This document shows, one piece after another, positions 37,838-46,334 of a DNA stretch of 63,901 nucleotides. Location: positions 1-63,901 of the IMG/VR virus record IMGVR_UViG_3300036768_000681, one strand, 5' to 3'. This stretch comes from a virus (taxonomy: Duplodnaviria; Caudoviricetes). The notes below the pieces were generated by a model. It saw nothing but the letters and a program-made list of their open reading frames with translations. It was not told the origin of the DNA and made no database searches. Position 1 is the stretch's first letter; each line of letters begins with the position of its first letter. The position numbers and the translations under genes were made by a program.

Positions 37838-38270
37838 TTTCTTGTTCCTCTTTTTTGTGTTTATAAAACCAAGCTTTATAAGACTTAAGATAATAGTCTG
37901 CTAATTCAATGAATTTATTAAAGTTCACCTTGAATACTTCTTTATCTTGCTCTTCAATTATTCCTAATTGGATTAAAAATTTAATTCCCTCTTCATAAAT
38001 TTCGTCATTTATAATATAATAAATTTTGTCTTTGATATTCTTAACTATAAGGTAGGATTGAGTGGGGTCTACTTCAAGATTTTGCTCGATTGTTTTCCAA
38101 ATGAAAGCAATGTCGGCGGAATTAAAAAGTATAACATAGTCTTCAGGAATTATAAAATCTGCTGAGAAAAAATTGAGATCGGTTAAAATGTTTTGTGCTT
38201 TTTCATCTAATAGGTTCATAAGTCCTCCATAATTTAATGTTTTTTGAATTAAGTTCAAAATTCTTTGCAA
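37824..38270 (-). CDS. Hypothetical (wHTH-like) protein
   Basis: In operon; L..LGII...F.VNF. Confidence 0.5.
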   Translation of the reverse strand: MQRILNLIQKTLNYGGLMNLLDEKAQNILTDLNFFSADFIIPEDYVILFNSADIAFIWKTIEQNLEVDPTQSYLIVKNIKDKIYYIINDEIYEEGIKFLIQLGIIEEQDKEVFKVNFNKFIELADYYLKSYKAWFYKHKKEEQENADE

Positions 38271-38440
38271 ACTAAATAAGGTGTTATAATTGCAACGAAG
38301 TATGTGAATAAAGCAACTACTACTTGAATTGTGTTTTCAGCAATTGCCATTAAAATAGTTGCTTCCAAACTGAGCCAGAATGATAGTCCGATTGAAATTA
38401 AAAATTGCGTAATGGTGCTATTAAACTTTCTCATTTCCAC
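38255..38440 (-). CDS. Small membrane protein
   Basis: Two hydrophobic segments. Confidence 0.45.
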   Translation of the reverse strand: MEMRKFNSTITQFLISIGLSFWLSLEATILMAIAENTIQVVVALFTYFVAIITPYLVCKEF

Positions 38441-39006
38441 CTCAAACTTTTAAATAGATGTTCTCTGTCCCATTCTAACATTCTTTCACGAATTTCTGTA
38501 TTTTCTTTGTTAAATAAGTCGAATAATTGACTTTTACGATTTGCGAGCCACGACCAATTCCGCCCCTTCTCAACTTCCTTGATTTCAAAAAATTCCAAGA
38601 GTTTATCACGGCAAATATTAATCCATATTTGAAGTAAGATTAAAGCTTTGTCTATTGCGAAACTGGGGTCGTTTAACTTTGCATCATCAGGGAATTCTTT
38701 ATTATATTTTAAGAAAGTTTTTCTAAGCTCATCATAGAAATTTAAATAATCTGCTCTCAAATTAATAAGTTTCTCAATTTCTGTTGTTTTGCCATCACCT
38801 TGAAGTCTTAATTTCCATATTATTTTATCAATTGTGTCTATGTCGAAATGGATTGGTATGTTATGCGGGTTAATTACTCTTTCTAATTCGAAATATCTTT
38901 GTCTAAACTTGTAAAAATCTTTAATCTCATCACTCAATTGTTTCGGAAACTTGATGTATTTAGCTTCCGCTTTGCTCCTTCTTAGAAATAAATTTTTAAT
39001 TTTCAT
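38431..39006 (-). CDS. Paralog family 3 hypothetical protein
   Basis: YIKFPK.L.DE...Y.EL...FLKYNKE.P..AKLN. Confidence 0.65.
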   Translation of the reverse strand: MKIKNLFLRRSKAEAKYIKFPKQLSDEIKDFYKFRQRYFELERVINPHNIPIHFDIDTIDKIIWKLRLQGDGKTTEIEKLINLRADYLNFYDELRKTFLKYNKEFPDDAKLNDPSFAIDKALILLQIWINICRDKLLEFFEIKEVEKGRNWSWLANRKSQLFDLFNKENTEIRERMLEWDREHLFKSLRWK

Positions 39007-39008
39007 TT

Positions 39009-39461
39009 TTAGTCTCCTTCGTAGTTTTCTATTCTCTTTATTCCAAGAATATCTAATATTTTATAACCACAAATATGGAGCCAATCGTCTAAAAAATAAT
39101 AAACAATGTCTCTGCTTAAATTCTCGTAGTTTAATTTTGCCATACTTGGTATTTCTTGATTATATTTTAGAAAGGCATCTTTAATCTCCTCATATAAAGC
39201 AAGATATTTGATTTTGAAATTTGAAAGTTTCTCAATCTCTGGATTTTTCTCACCAAGCTTTTTACCATATTGAAGTTTTTCACCTATTTCAGCATTAATT
39301 CTTTCTAAAGTGATATCAATAGGTTGATAATCATCAAAAAGATTATCTTGTTCTTTCTTAAGCTCTGAGTATCTTCTTTTGAATTCAAATATTAATACAA
39401 GTTCGTCTTGTATAGTTTTAGGAATTTTAATATAATCAGTCTCCATTTTAAACCTCCTCAT
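39009..39461 (-). CDS. Paralog family 3 hypothetical protein
   Basis: MET.YI..PK, INAEIGEKLQY, CGYKILD.LGI. Confidence 0.7.
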   Translation of the reverse strand: MRRFKMETDYIKIPKTIQDELVLIFEFKRRYSELKKEQDNLFDDYQPIDITLERINAEIGEKLQYGKKLGEKNPEIEKLSNFKIKYLALYEEIKDAFLKYNQEIPSMAKLNYENLSRDIVYYFLDDWLHICGYKILDILGIKRIENYEGD

Positions 39462-39888
39462 TTTTCTTATATTCTATTCCAAGAGTGTCTAAAATTTTAA
39501 ATCCGCAATTTCTAATCCAAGCATCAAGTAAATTACTCAGAATGTCATTTTGATATTCAAGGTTGCTTGTATTCTGTTTTGCATTGTCAGGAATTTTGTT
39601 ATGATATTTTAAAAATGCATTTCTAACTTCTTCATATAAATCAAGATATTTTACTTTGAATTCTAAAAACCTCTTGATTTCAGGATTTTTATCGGTGAGT
39701 GTCTTTGCGTATTGAAGCTTTTCGCCTATTTCTCGATTAATCGCATTCAAGGATATATGACCATAATAGCAACCAGTGAAAAGTTTATCATATTCCTTTT
39801 TGAGTTCAAAGTATTGATTTCTGAATTTGTAGGCTAATGCGAGTTCATCTCGCAGTTCTTTTGGGAATTGAATGTAGTTAGTTTCCAT
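39448..39888 (-). CDS. Paralog family 3 hypothetical protein
   Basis: MET.YI.FPK, INREIGEKLQY, CGFKILD.LGI. Confidence 0.7.
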   Translation of the reverse strand: METNYIQFPKELRDELALAYKFRNQYFELKKEYDKLFTGCYYGHISLNAINREIGEKLQYAKTLTDKNPEIKRFLEFKVKYLDLYEEVRNAFLKYHNKIPDNAKQNTSNLEYQNDILSNLLDAWIRNCGFKILDTLGIEYKKNEEV

Positions 39889-40060
39889 TTTTAATGTCTC
39901 CTAAATGATTTTTGATTTTGTTAATGATTTGTTCAAGGTCTTTAATTAAGTCTTTAAGTTGTGAATTAGAAAGCAGTCCTAAATAGACTTGGATTTGATT
40001 ATCCAGAATAAGTTTTACTTCTGTTTTTGATTCGCTAATTTGTGAAAGTTTGATTTCCAT
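39878..40060 (-). CDS. Hypothetical protein
   Basis: Coupled small ORF. Confidence 0.5.
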   Translation of the reverse strand: MEIKLSQISESKTEVKLILDNQIQVYLGLLSNSQLKDLIKDLEQIINKIKNHLGDIKNGN

Positions 40061-40233
40061 TATAACAATACCAATATTAAGATTAGAGTAATAATTAATA
40101 ACATATAAATCATTAATGTTGCTATAGGATTGCTTGTTTTTCTAAAAGGGCATTCCTTGTCAGGACAGACGGCACAATCTTGCGAAAGTGCCATCTCGTA
40201 GTTTCCGTGACAAGCTTTTTCTAAGTCTTTCAT
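40060..40233 (-). CDS. Small Cys-rich membrane protein (57 aa)
   Basis: Translated by hand: MKDLEKACHG...CAVCPDKECPF plus C-terminal TM; fills the operon gap. Confidence 0.5.
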   Translation of the reverse strand: MKDLEKACHGNYEMALSQDCAVCPDKECPFRKTSNPIATLMIYMLLIITLILILVLL

Positions 40234-40237
40234 TTTA

Positions 40238-40528
40238 TTATTTCCTTAAAAACTTTTTGATGTTATTGTCATTGCTTTCAATCTTTTTCCAAAGATATTC
40301 TTGCCACTTGTCATCAAATTCTTTTTCGTATTCGATTAAAAAATCCAGCAGGGTTTGAGTATAATGCAGGAAATATTTTGCTAATTCATATGCAAGGTTT
40401 ATATAATCCTGTCTAATCCCGAGCTCATTTCTCGGAATGAATTCAGCAAGAGCATCAGCAAATTGACTACTTGCTATTGCTAAATCATTAATAAGATCAT
40501 CTTGATTGCGAATTGTTTCTCTGTCCAT
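40238..40528 (-). CDS. Hypothetical protein
   Basis: AGGAGAC RBS. Confidence 0.55.
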   Translation of the reverse strand: MDRETIRNQDDLINDLAIASSQFADALAEFIPRNELGIRQDYINLAYELAKYFLHYTQTLLDFLIEYEKEFDDKWQEYLWKKIESNDNNIKKFLRK

Positions 40529-40530
40529 TT

Positions 40531-41073
40531 TTAGTCTCCTTCCGTTTTGATTTTTGATGTAAATTTAGTTAATAGTTCAGAAACTTTTTTGTTAGGTGTT
40601 ATATCATATACCAAGCAAATGTCCTCATAAACTTCTTTGTTTGGTATTATAAAAGTTTCTACTGCAAGGTCATTAATTCCATCCACTTGTATCCATTCTT
40701 GTTTGAATAAGACAGGTAAAATAATTCCATTATCTTCAAGAAAAGAAATATCGAAATGATTTTTCAATAACTCGTATTTGAAAAATTTAGCAATATGATA
40801 TCCAAGTAAAAGATTTTTTGGTATTTTAATAAAATCAAAATGTCCTTCCTTTGCTCTTCTTGTTAATATCTCATAAAGAATTGGTTGAATTGAATTGTTT
40901 GGAATAGCTATAAGTCCTTTTTCGTGTTTTTCAAATTTGTATGTATGCTCTTTTAAAAATCCACTTATAACAAAGAATTTGCCAGATTTATGAAATTTGA
41001 ATGTTTTTAGTCCAACAAGATAATTTTCGTATTCTAAGATGTAAAATTGGGGTGATGAAATTTTGATACACAT
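40531..41073 (-). CDS. Paralog family 1 hypothetical protein
   Basis: MCI, LVGLKTF, LGYHI, LPVLF..E.IQ. Confidence 0.7.
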   Translation of the reverse strand: MCIKISSPQFYILEYENYLVGLKTFKFHKSGKFFVISGFLKEHTYKFEKHEKGLIAIPNNSIQPILYEILTRRAKEGHFDFIKIPKNLLLGYHIAKFFKYELLKNHFDISFLEDNGIILPVLFKQEWIQVDGINDLAVETFIIPNKEVYEDICLVYDITPNKKVSELLTKFTSKIKTEGD

Positions 41074-41075
41074 TT

Positions 41076-41264
41076 TTAGTCTCCTTCTTTTAATGCTTGT
41101 TTGAAAATTCTAATTAAAATACTTAAAAAGGTTCGATACTCCCACCATTCATCACTTGCATCTTGTAAAGAATAAACATAATTCCATTCACTTACAATGA
41201 TATTCCACGCTTCTTCTGGAGTTTTGGAATTACAAATTCTTTCAAGTAGAGCTTTTTTGTTCAT
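41076..41264 (-). CDS. Hypothetical protein
   Basis: Coupled ORF. Confidence 0.5.
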   Translation of the reverse strand: MNKKALLERICNSKTPEEAWNIIVSEWNYVYSLQDASDEWWEYRTFLSILIRIFKQALKEGD

Positions 41265-41557
41265 AAGTTTTCCTCAAGATTATTTTGCAAAGCCTCAAGA
41301 TATTGTTTGAAGTCATTTATTGTTAATTTTTTGCCATTGATTTCAATGTTAAAAAGCTTGTCAATCTCAGAGGGGTTGTATTCCAACCCCTCAAGTCGTT
41401 GGTAGTCAATTTCGTCTTCAATTTCTTCAAAAATATCTATTATTCTCGATGCTAAATCGGAAATTTGATAAAGTTTTGGATGGATAAAATTAAACTCGAA
41501 TTTACAAGATGGACAAAAGCCGAGTTCTTGATAGAATTTATGTTTTTCGCAAATCAT
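41261..41557 (-). CDS. Hypothetical protein with N-terminal Zn-finger
   Basis: CEKH...CPSC. Confidence 0.55.
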   Translation of the reverse strand: MICEKHKFYQELGFCPSCKFEFNFIHPKLYQISDLASRIIDIFEEIEDEIDYQRLEGLEYNPSEIDKLFNIEINGKKLTINDFKQYLEALQNNLEENL

Positions 41558-42585
41558 ATTCCTAAACTCCCTTTTAATTGTTCTAATTGTTCAGCTGAGT
41601 ATTTTTGTAATTCTGCGAAAACATCGCCTTCCTCATAAAAAGGAACCAAGTCTGGGAGCAAGTCTAAAACAAGTTTTTCAAATTCTTCATCATCACGGCG
41701 ATTAACAATTTCTCTTGCAATTGCTGTTCTTAACTTGTCTTCTTCTGAAAGAGCTTGTTGGATTGCATTATTGCATCTCTCAATTAGGTCTAATGCTCTT
41801 TGTTCTGTAAGATTTGGGTCGCTTGCAATTTTAAGAAGAATAGCACGATCAGATTGAGTATTGCCTTCACTTATTCTTTCGAATAATTTGTGATTTGCAA
41901 GCTTTATAAGTTTATCTCTTGTTTCTTTACTAACCTTTTTATCTTTCACAACTTCAACTTTCTTTGGAGTTGCATCGTCAATTACTTCAATTCGAACATC
42001 AACATCAGCTTGTTGCATTTCCTCATCGGTATAAAGTCCACTTGCAATGTCTGGGAAAGCTTTTCTTAATGCAAGGGCTTCAGCACATTTACCGAGCATC
42101 AAGAAAGGCATTTTATCCCACATAAAAGCTTTTTTACCGCCAGGATAATACTCTTCCCATCGGGCTGACGCACGAATTGGATGCACATTGCCGTTAGGTA
42201 GAATTTTATATACAATCGCAGTTGCAGTTGTTGGTCTTTTGCGTCCTGCTTTTACCATTTCATATAATGTCAATCCTTCATCAAACAAATAGTCGTCGGT
42301 TCCTGCGTATTTATTCGTTCTTTCTGCAAGGCTTCGAAGTCCGTCTATTGCTATCTGGATAGTATATTGTTTGCGATTAAGTTCGCTATTAAATCGTGGG
42401 ATAAGATGGATTTGTCTTGTGAAAGGGCTAAGATTTTTTTCAGCACAAAATCTTGCGAATAATTTTATAATGCCTTGCGGAGCATCCTCAGGGATAATTT
42501 GAGCATCCACAAGAGTTCTAATATCTTCTTCGCTTAATTGAATTTGGGGAATTGTAGCTTTTTGAATTGCTTTTTCATTTTCCAT
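41554..42585 (-). CDS. bet: Single-strand annealing recombinase (Bet/RecT family)
   Basis: L.PF.RQIH, IDGLR..A.RT..YAG, W.KMP..ML.KCAEALALRKAFP, GLYT.EEM. Confidence 0.88.
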   Translation of the reverse strand: MENEKAIQKATIPQIQLSEEDIRTLVDAQIIPEDAPQGIIKLFARFCAEKNLSPFTRQIHLIPRFNSELNRKQYTIQIAIDGLRSLAERTNKYAGTDDYLFDEGLTLYEMVKAGRKRPTTATAIVYKILPNGNVHPIRASARWEEYYPGGKKAFMWDKMPFLMLGKCAEALALRKAFPDIASGLYTDEEMQQADVDVRIEVIDDATPKKVEVVKDKKVSKETRDKLIKLANHKLFERISEGNTQSDRAILLKIASDPNLTEQRALDLIERCNNAIQQALSEEDKLRTAIAREIVNRRDDEEFEKLVLDLLPDLVPFYEEGDVFAELQKYSAEQLEQLKGSLGI

Positions 42586-42991
42586 TTTTTGTCTCCTTTA
42601 TATAGTAAGTGTAACTTTTAATTTCGTTAACCTCAAGAGCTTTTAATTGCTCTTGGAGTTCTTTAATTTTAGCTTGTAATTCTAAAGCAAGCTGTTCGTT
42701 GGAGTATCTTTTTTCAGTGACTGGTCTTTCAACTACCCCGAACCCGCTTTTTATTTCTGGTGGAGTAGTTGAATTCTTATGTGAGATGAAAAATTCACGA
42801 AGGGCTTCAGATTGTTTATCACGGTCAAACCTTTCGATGTCCTCTAATAACTTTTTCAAAACATAAACAATGAAAGCTCTGTCAAGTGGATTGATTTGAC
42901 AGGTTGAAAATTCAATAGCCGTATTCTTGATATCTTCACGGCTAATATCTTTAAGAGCAATACTTATATTATCCTTCTTGATGATATCCAT
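42575..42991 (-). CDS. Hypothetical protein
   Basis: In operon upstream of bet. Confidence 0.55.
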   Translation of the reverse strand: MDIIKKDNISIALKDISREDIKNTAIEFSTCQINPLDRAFIVYVLKKLLEDIERFDRDKQSEALREFFISHKNSTTPPEIKSGFGVVERPVTEKRYSNEQLALELQAKIKELQEQLKALEVNEIKSYTYYIKETKNGK

Positions 42992-43202
42992 TTGGCTTCC
43001 TTCCTCTTATCTTTCCTTTTCTTTCTTTTAGTTTATTGATAAAATTATATGCGTCATTAATATCAATTAGGTAGTCTCGCAAGACTTTTCTTGCGGGTAA
43101 TTTCAATGTCCTAATCCACCAATATATGATAGCTCTTGAGCAAGGCAATCCGTGATTGTTTAAAATTTGTTGAAATTGTTCGGTGTTAATTTGTTCGTTC
43201 AT
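42969..43202 (-). CDS. Xis-like HTH DNA-binding protein
   Basis: SRAIIYWWIR..KLPA.K....YLI. Confidence 0.7.
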   Translation of the reverse strand: MNEQINTEQFQQILNNHGLPCSRAIIYWWIRTLKLPARKVLRDYLIDINDAYNFINKLKERKGKIRGRKPNGYHQEG

Positions 43203-43216
43203 AGTTCCTCCATTGT

Positions 43217-43390
43217 TTATTGGTTGTTGTTTGTAATTTTTTTTAATATTGAATATGTAATTAATAAAAATAATATGAAAAAGAAATAAGCTAAGGGCAA
43301 TGCAGTGTTATCTCCGCTAATATCAATATAAATCGCCCATCCGAATGAAAGAATTAAAAATGTTATTGCAATTAGCATTAATGGTTTCAT
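43217..43390 (-). CDS. Small two-TM membrane protein
   Basis: Hydrophobic; first gene of leftward operon; start uncertain (43390 or 43432). Confidence 0.5.
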   Translation of the reverse strand: MKPLMLIAITFLILSFGWAIYIDISGDNTALPLAYFFFILFLLITYSILKKITNNNQ

Positions 43391-43471
43391 ATTCTCTCTT
43401 TTTTGTTTTTGTCTCCGTTTTTTCATATGCATTAAAGAACTTAAAATTCATTTATTAAAAATTTCTGTTGC

Positions 43472-43559
43472 AATATAATTATTCATTATTATTTTGTCAA
43501 GTTATTTTGCAAAAATTTTTGTAGGATTTTCCTTACAAGCTTGTAAGTTTTTGCTTACA
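43472..43559 (-). promoter_or_regulatory. Leftward early promoter with tandem operators
   Basis: TTGACA(43500-43495)-N17-TATATT; palindromes 43520-43537 and 43542-43559. Confidence 0.75.
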
Positions 43560-43563
43560 AGTT

Positions 43564-43828
43564 AAAAATTCATAAGGGAGGTTCGAAATTAAAAATTTAT
43601 AACGGGGTTTTGGAAGTTTGCGGACGGTGGATTGTATACAAAGGAATTTGTGAACAAAAATTCATAACTGGTTGCACGGGCGAAAAATTTATATCGAGGT
43701 TCTCAGATTAAAAATTTACAACTGGTTTCCCAGACTAAAAATTCATATCGGGGATTTGAAAGAACAAAAATTCATATTTCACTTGCGAGCGGATTTTGCC
43801 AGCTTTGCAAGTTTGCAAAAAATTCACA
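43564..43828. repeat. AAAAATT(C/T)A(T/C)A repeat array, mostly 27-bp period
   Basis: Copies at 43564, 43591, 43656, 43683, 43710, 43737, 43766, 43818. Confidence 0.75.
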
Positions 43829-43915
43829 TTGCCAGCGGGTTCATTGCTGGCTAAAATTCCGTGAAAAATTAAGAAAGAATTTTTTAAAAGTCAAGTGGTT
43901 TGGGATTAAATTTTA

Positions 43916-44004
43916 TGTAAGAAAATACTTACAAGCGTGTAGGGAAAATCTTACAAAAAAATTTTTAAAAAGGACTTGACAAAATTAAGTTATAAAATTA
44001 TATT
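43916..44004 (+). promoter_or_regulatory. Rightward promoter with tandem operators
   Basis: Palindromes 43916-43933 and 43938-43955; TTGACA 43976-N17-TATATT. Confidence 0.75.
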
Positions 44005-44074
44005 GCAAATGAAATTAGTTCAAATAAAGTTCATTAAACAAATGTTTAACTAAACAAAAGAAGGAGACTAAACA

Positions 44075-44344
44075 ATGAAAAACAAGGAATATTCAGTCTG
44101 GATTGTTGGATCCGATTGGATTCACGAATATGGCGACTTTAACACTCTTAAGGAAGCGGTGGAAGTTGCCAGGGATATTGCTCGGGTTGGCTGTGCATGG
44201 CTCGAGTTAGCGAGTTTATACAAAAGCGAGATTGATGAAATTTCTGTTCAGGTGTGGGATGATGAAGGATTAAGGTATAATCGTAAGTTAAAAAAGAGTG
44301 TTAAAGAATATATTCTAAGGTGGAATAGGTATTTAAGAGGGTAA
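44075..44344 (+). CDS. Paralog family 2 hypothetical protein
   Basis: EYSVWIVGSD..H..GD..TLKEA...GCAWLE. Confidence 0.7.
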   Translation: MKNKEYSVWIVGSDWIHEYGDFNTLKEAVEVARDIARVGCAWLELASLYKSEIDEISVQVWDDEGLRYNRKLKKSVKEYILRWNRYLRG

Positions 44345-44376
44345 TCATTAATTCACAAAAAAGAGGAGACAAAACA

Positions 44377-44649
44377 ATGAACAACAGGTATTATGTTATC
44401 ATTAACGGCAGTGACTTCAGTCACTGGTATGCTACTTTAAAAAGGTTGGAAAAAGCTAAGAGATTAGCTTTGGAAATTGCGCGGGGAGGTTGCTACTTCC
44501 TGGAGGTTAGTAGCATTCTTACAGACGATTTAAAATTCAATCGTATTACAGTCGATGTATACGATAACAATGATAATTTGAGATTTTCAAAAACACTTAG
44601 CAAGAGACTAAGAGATTATTTGTTGAAGCAAAAAAAAGGTTTAAACTAA
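44377..44649 (+). CDS. Paralog family 2 hypothetical protein
   Basis: IINGSDFSHW identical to the 14753 ORF. Confidence 0.7.
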   Translation: MNNRYYVIINGSDFSHWYATLKRLEKAKRLALEIARGGCYFLEVSSILTDDLKFNRITVDVYDNNDNLRFSKTLSKRLRDYLLKQKKGLN

Positions 44650-44673
44650 AAATAAGAAGAAGGAGATTTTAAA

Positions 44674-44910
44674 ATGGAAGTTTTAAAAATGAAAGATTAT
44701 AACTGGGATAGATTATACATATACAATAGAGCGGGGTGGGATATTCTGGAAATAGAGCGGATGGGTAGTTATTATTATGTATTTGAGGATAAAGGCTGTA
44801 GAATTGCCGATGGGTTTGAAAAGATATTAGATATTGAAGGGGTAAAAGAATTGATTAGGAGACTTAAAAAGAGTGGGCGGTATTATTTCGATCCTTACTA
44901 TAAAGGTTAG
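44674..44910 (+). CDS. Hypothetical protein
   Basis: Strong RBS, followed by terminator. Confidence 0.6.
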   Translation: MEVLKMKDYNWDRLYIYNRAGWDILEIERMGSYYYVFEDKGCRIADGFEKILDIEGVKELIRRLKKSGRYYFDPYYKG

Positions 44911-44918
44911 TCAATCAC

Positions 44919-44943
44919 AAGCTGGCTAAATGCCAGCTTTTTT
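44919..44943 (+). terminator. Intrinsic terminator
   Basis: AAGCTGGC-taaat-GCCAGCTT-TTTT. Confidence 0.8.
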
Positions 44944-44958
44944 GTTTTTTTCGAAATT

Positions 44959-45055
44959 AAAAATTTATAACGGGGATTGATTGACTAAGTTAAAAATTTA
45001 TAGTGGGTTTAATAAACTAAAAATTTATATAACTTTTGCAAATTAAAAATTTATA
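44959..45055. repeat. Second AAAAATTTATA array
   Basis: Copies at 44959, 44992, 45019, 45045; TCGAAATTAAAAATTTATAACGGGG is shared with the first array. Confidence 0.7.
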
Positions 45056-45108
45056 GTTATTCAATCTTAAAGTTATGAAAAAGGATTTTAAAAGTCAATA
45101 AGTTTATT

Positions 45109-45196
45109 TGTAAGAATTTTCTTACAGGGTTTGTAAGGAATTTCTTACAAAAAAAATTTAAAAACTATTGACAAATTTATTTTATATCATTATTTT
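45109..45196 (+). promoter_or_regulatory. Promoter with tandem operators
   Basis: Perfect TGTAAG-N6-CTTACA at 45109 and 45132; TTGACA 45168-N17-TATTTT. Confidence 0.75.
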
Positions 45197-45275
45197 TGAA
45201 ATGAAAATTAAAATAAAATTAAGTTCATTAAAACAAATGTTTAACAATTAAAAACAAAAAGAAAGGAGACAAACT

Positions 45276-45722
45276 ATGAATCGGGAACAATTCAAAAATT
45301 TGGTTTATTCTTTACAGGAATTGGTAAATTCCAATCCTGGTTTATCATTTTATGATTATTGCGATCGCAAGCTCTATAATAATGATAGAGCAAGAGTTGC
45401 GAGGCAAAGATTGGAGGCTTTGAAAATGCTTCAATTATTATTGACTTTTATTGAAAAAAGAAACATTCAGGAAATAGAGGACAATTTGATTTTAAACGCC
45501 TATGATAGAGTGCAATTTACCAGCGAGGGAAATGAGTTCAAGGTTCGATACATTCCTGGACAATATTATTGTATAGAATACAGGCCAGCAGTAGCATATT
45601 GGGCTTTCCGCGTGCTAATAAGTTTAGCGATGGAGCTGGCGGGTAGTTATGAGGAAGCTAAAAGGTTGTTACTTCAGATATTTTACAATGATAAAAGGCT
45701 TTTAAAATCTTATTTTAATTAA
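45276..45722 (+). CDS. Hypothetical early protein
   Basis: Strong RBS; Y..GQYY..EYR.AV motif. Confidence 0.65.
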   Translation: MNREQFKNLVYSLQELVNSNPGLSFYDYCDRKLYNNDRARVARQRLEALKMLQLLLTFIEKRNIQEIEDNLILNAYDRVQFTSEGNEFKVRYIPGQYYCIEYRPAVAYWAFRVLISLAMELAGSYEEAKRLLLQIFYNDKRLLKSYFN

Positions 45723-45749
45723 TTAACAAAAAAGAAAGGAGACTTTAAA

Positions 45750-46286
45750 ATGTGTTTGGAAATTCAAAATTTTGATAAAAATAAAACTTTTTTACTTTTT
45801 GAGAGAAACTTGGTTGGTTGTAAAACTTTCGAAATATACCGCGGACAGGATGGCATTAGATTGGAGACGGCTTGGATTTATATAAAAGGATTTGATTACA
45901 ATTTTAAAGTTTGTAAAAATTTCCTAACAGTCAAACCTAATAACAGGAAACAGGAAGTCAGATTGGTCTATAATGTCGTGGGTTTCAATTCAGAATTAGA
46001 GGAATACATCACTTATAACTACTTTAAATTGGGGTTTCATATTAGCTTTTTTGAATTAAACAAATTAAATGAGGCTTTCCCATTTGAAGGTAGATTTGTA
46101 AGGTTGCCAGTTCTATTCCATCCTGATCATATTCAATTGGTCGGGGACGATGCAATTGTGAAAAAGTTCAAAGTTCCTTCAGCAAATCTTTATGTTAAAT
46201 TTTGCAAACTTTATGACATTGAAACAAATCAAGCAATCATTGATTTATTGAATGAAATCTTTAAAACTTATTCAAATCAAAATTGA
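45750..46286 (+). CDS. Paralog family 1 hypothetical protein
   Basis: MCL, LVGCKTF, LGFHI, LPVLF...IQL.G, ends TYS. Confidence 0.7.
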   Translation: MCLEIQNFDKNKTFLLFERNLVGCKTFEIYRGQDGIRLETAWIYIKGFDYNFKVCKNFLTVKPNNRKQEVRLVYNVVGFNSELEEYITYNYFKLGFHISFFELNKLNEAFPFEGRFVRLPVLFHPDHIQLVGDDAIVKKFKVPSANLYVKFCKLYDIETNQAIIDLLNEIFKTYSNQN

Positions 46287-46311
46287 CTAAAATTAAAATC
46301 TTAATTTTAAG

Positions 46312-46334
46312 AGCTGGCTTTTGCCAGCTTTTTT
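46312..46334 (+). terminator. Intrinsic terminator
   Basis: AGCTGGC-tttt-GCCAGCT-TTTTT; same stem as 44919. Confidence 0.8.

Noticed and set aside
43564-43828. CRISPR array
   Set aside because: The repeat is only ~11 bp with ~16-bp spacers and no cas genes; kept as an unexplained array.
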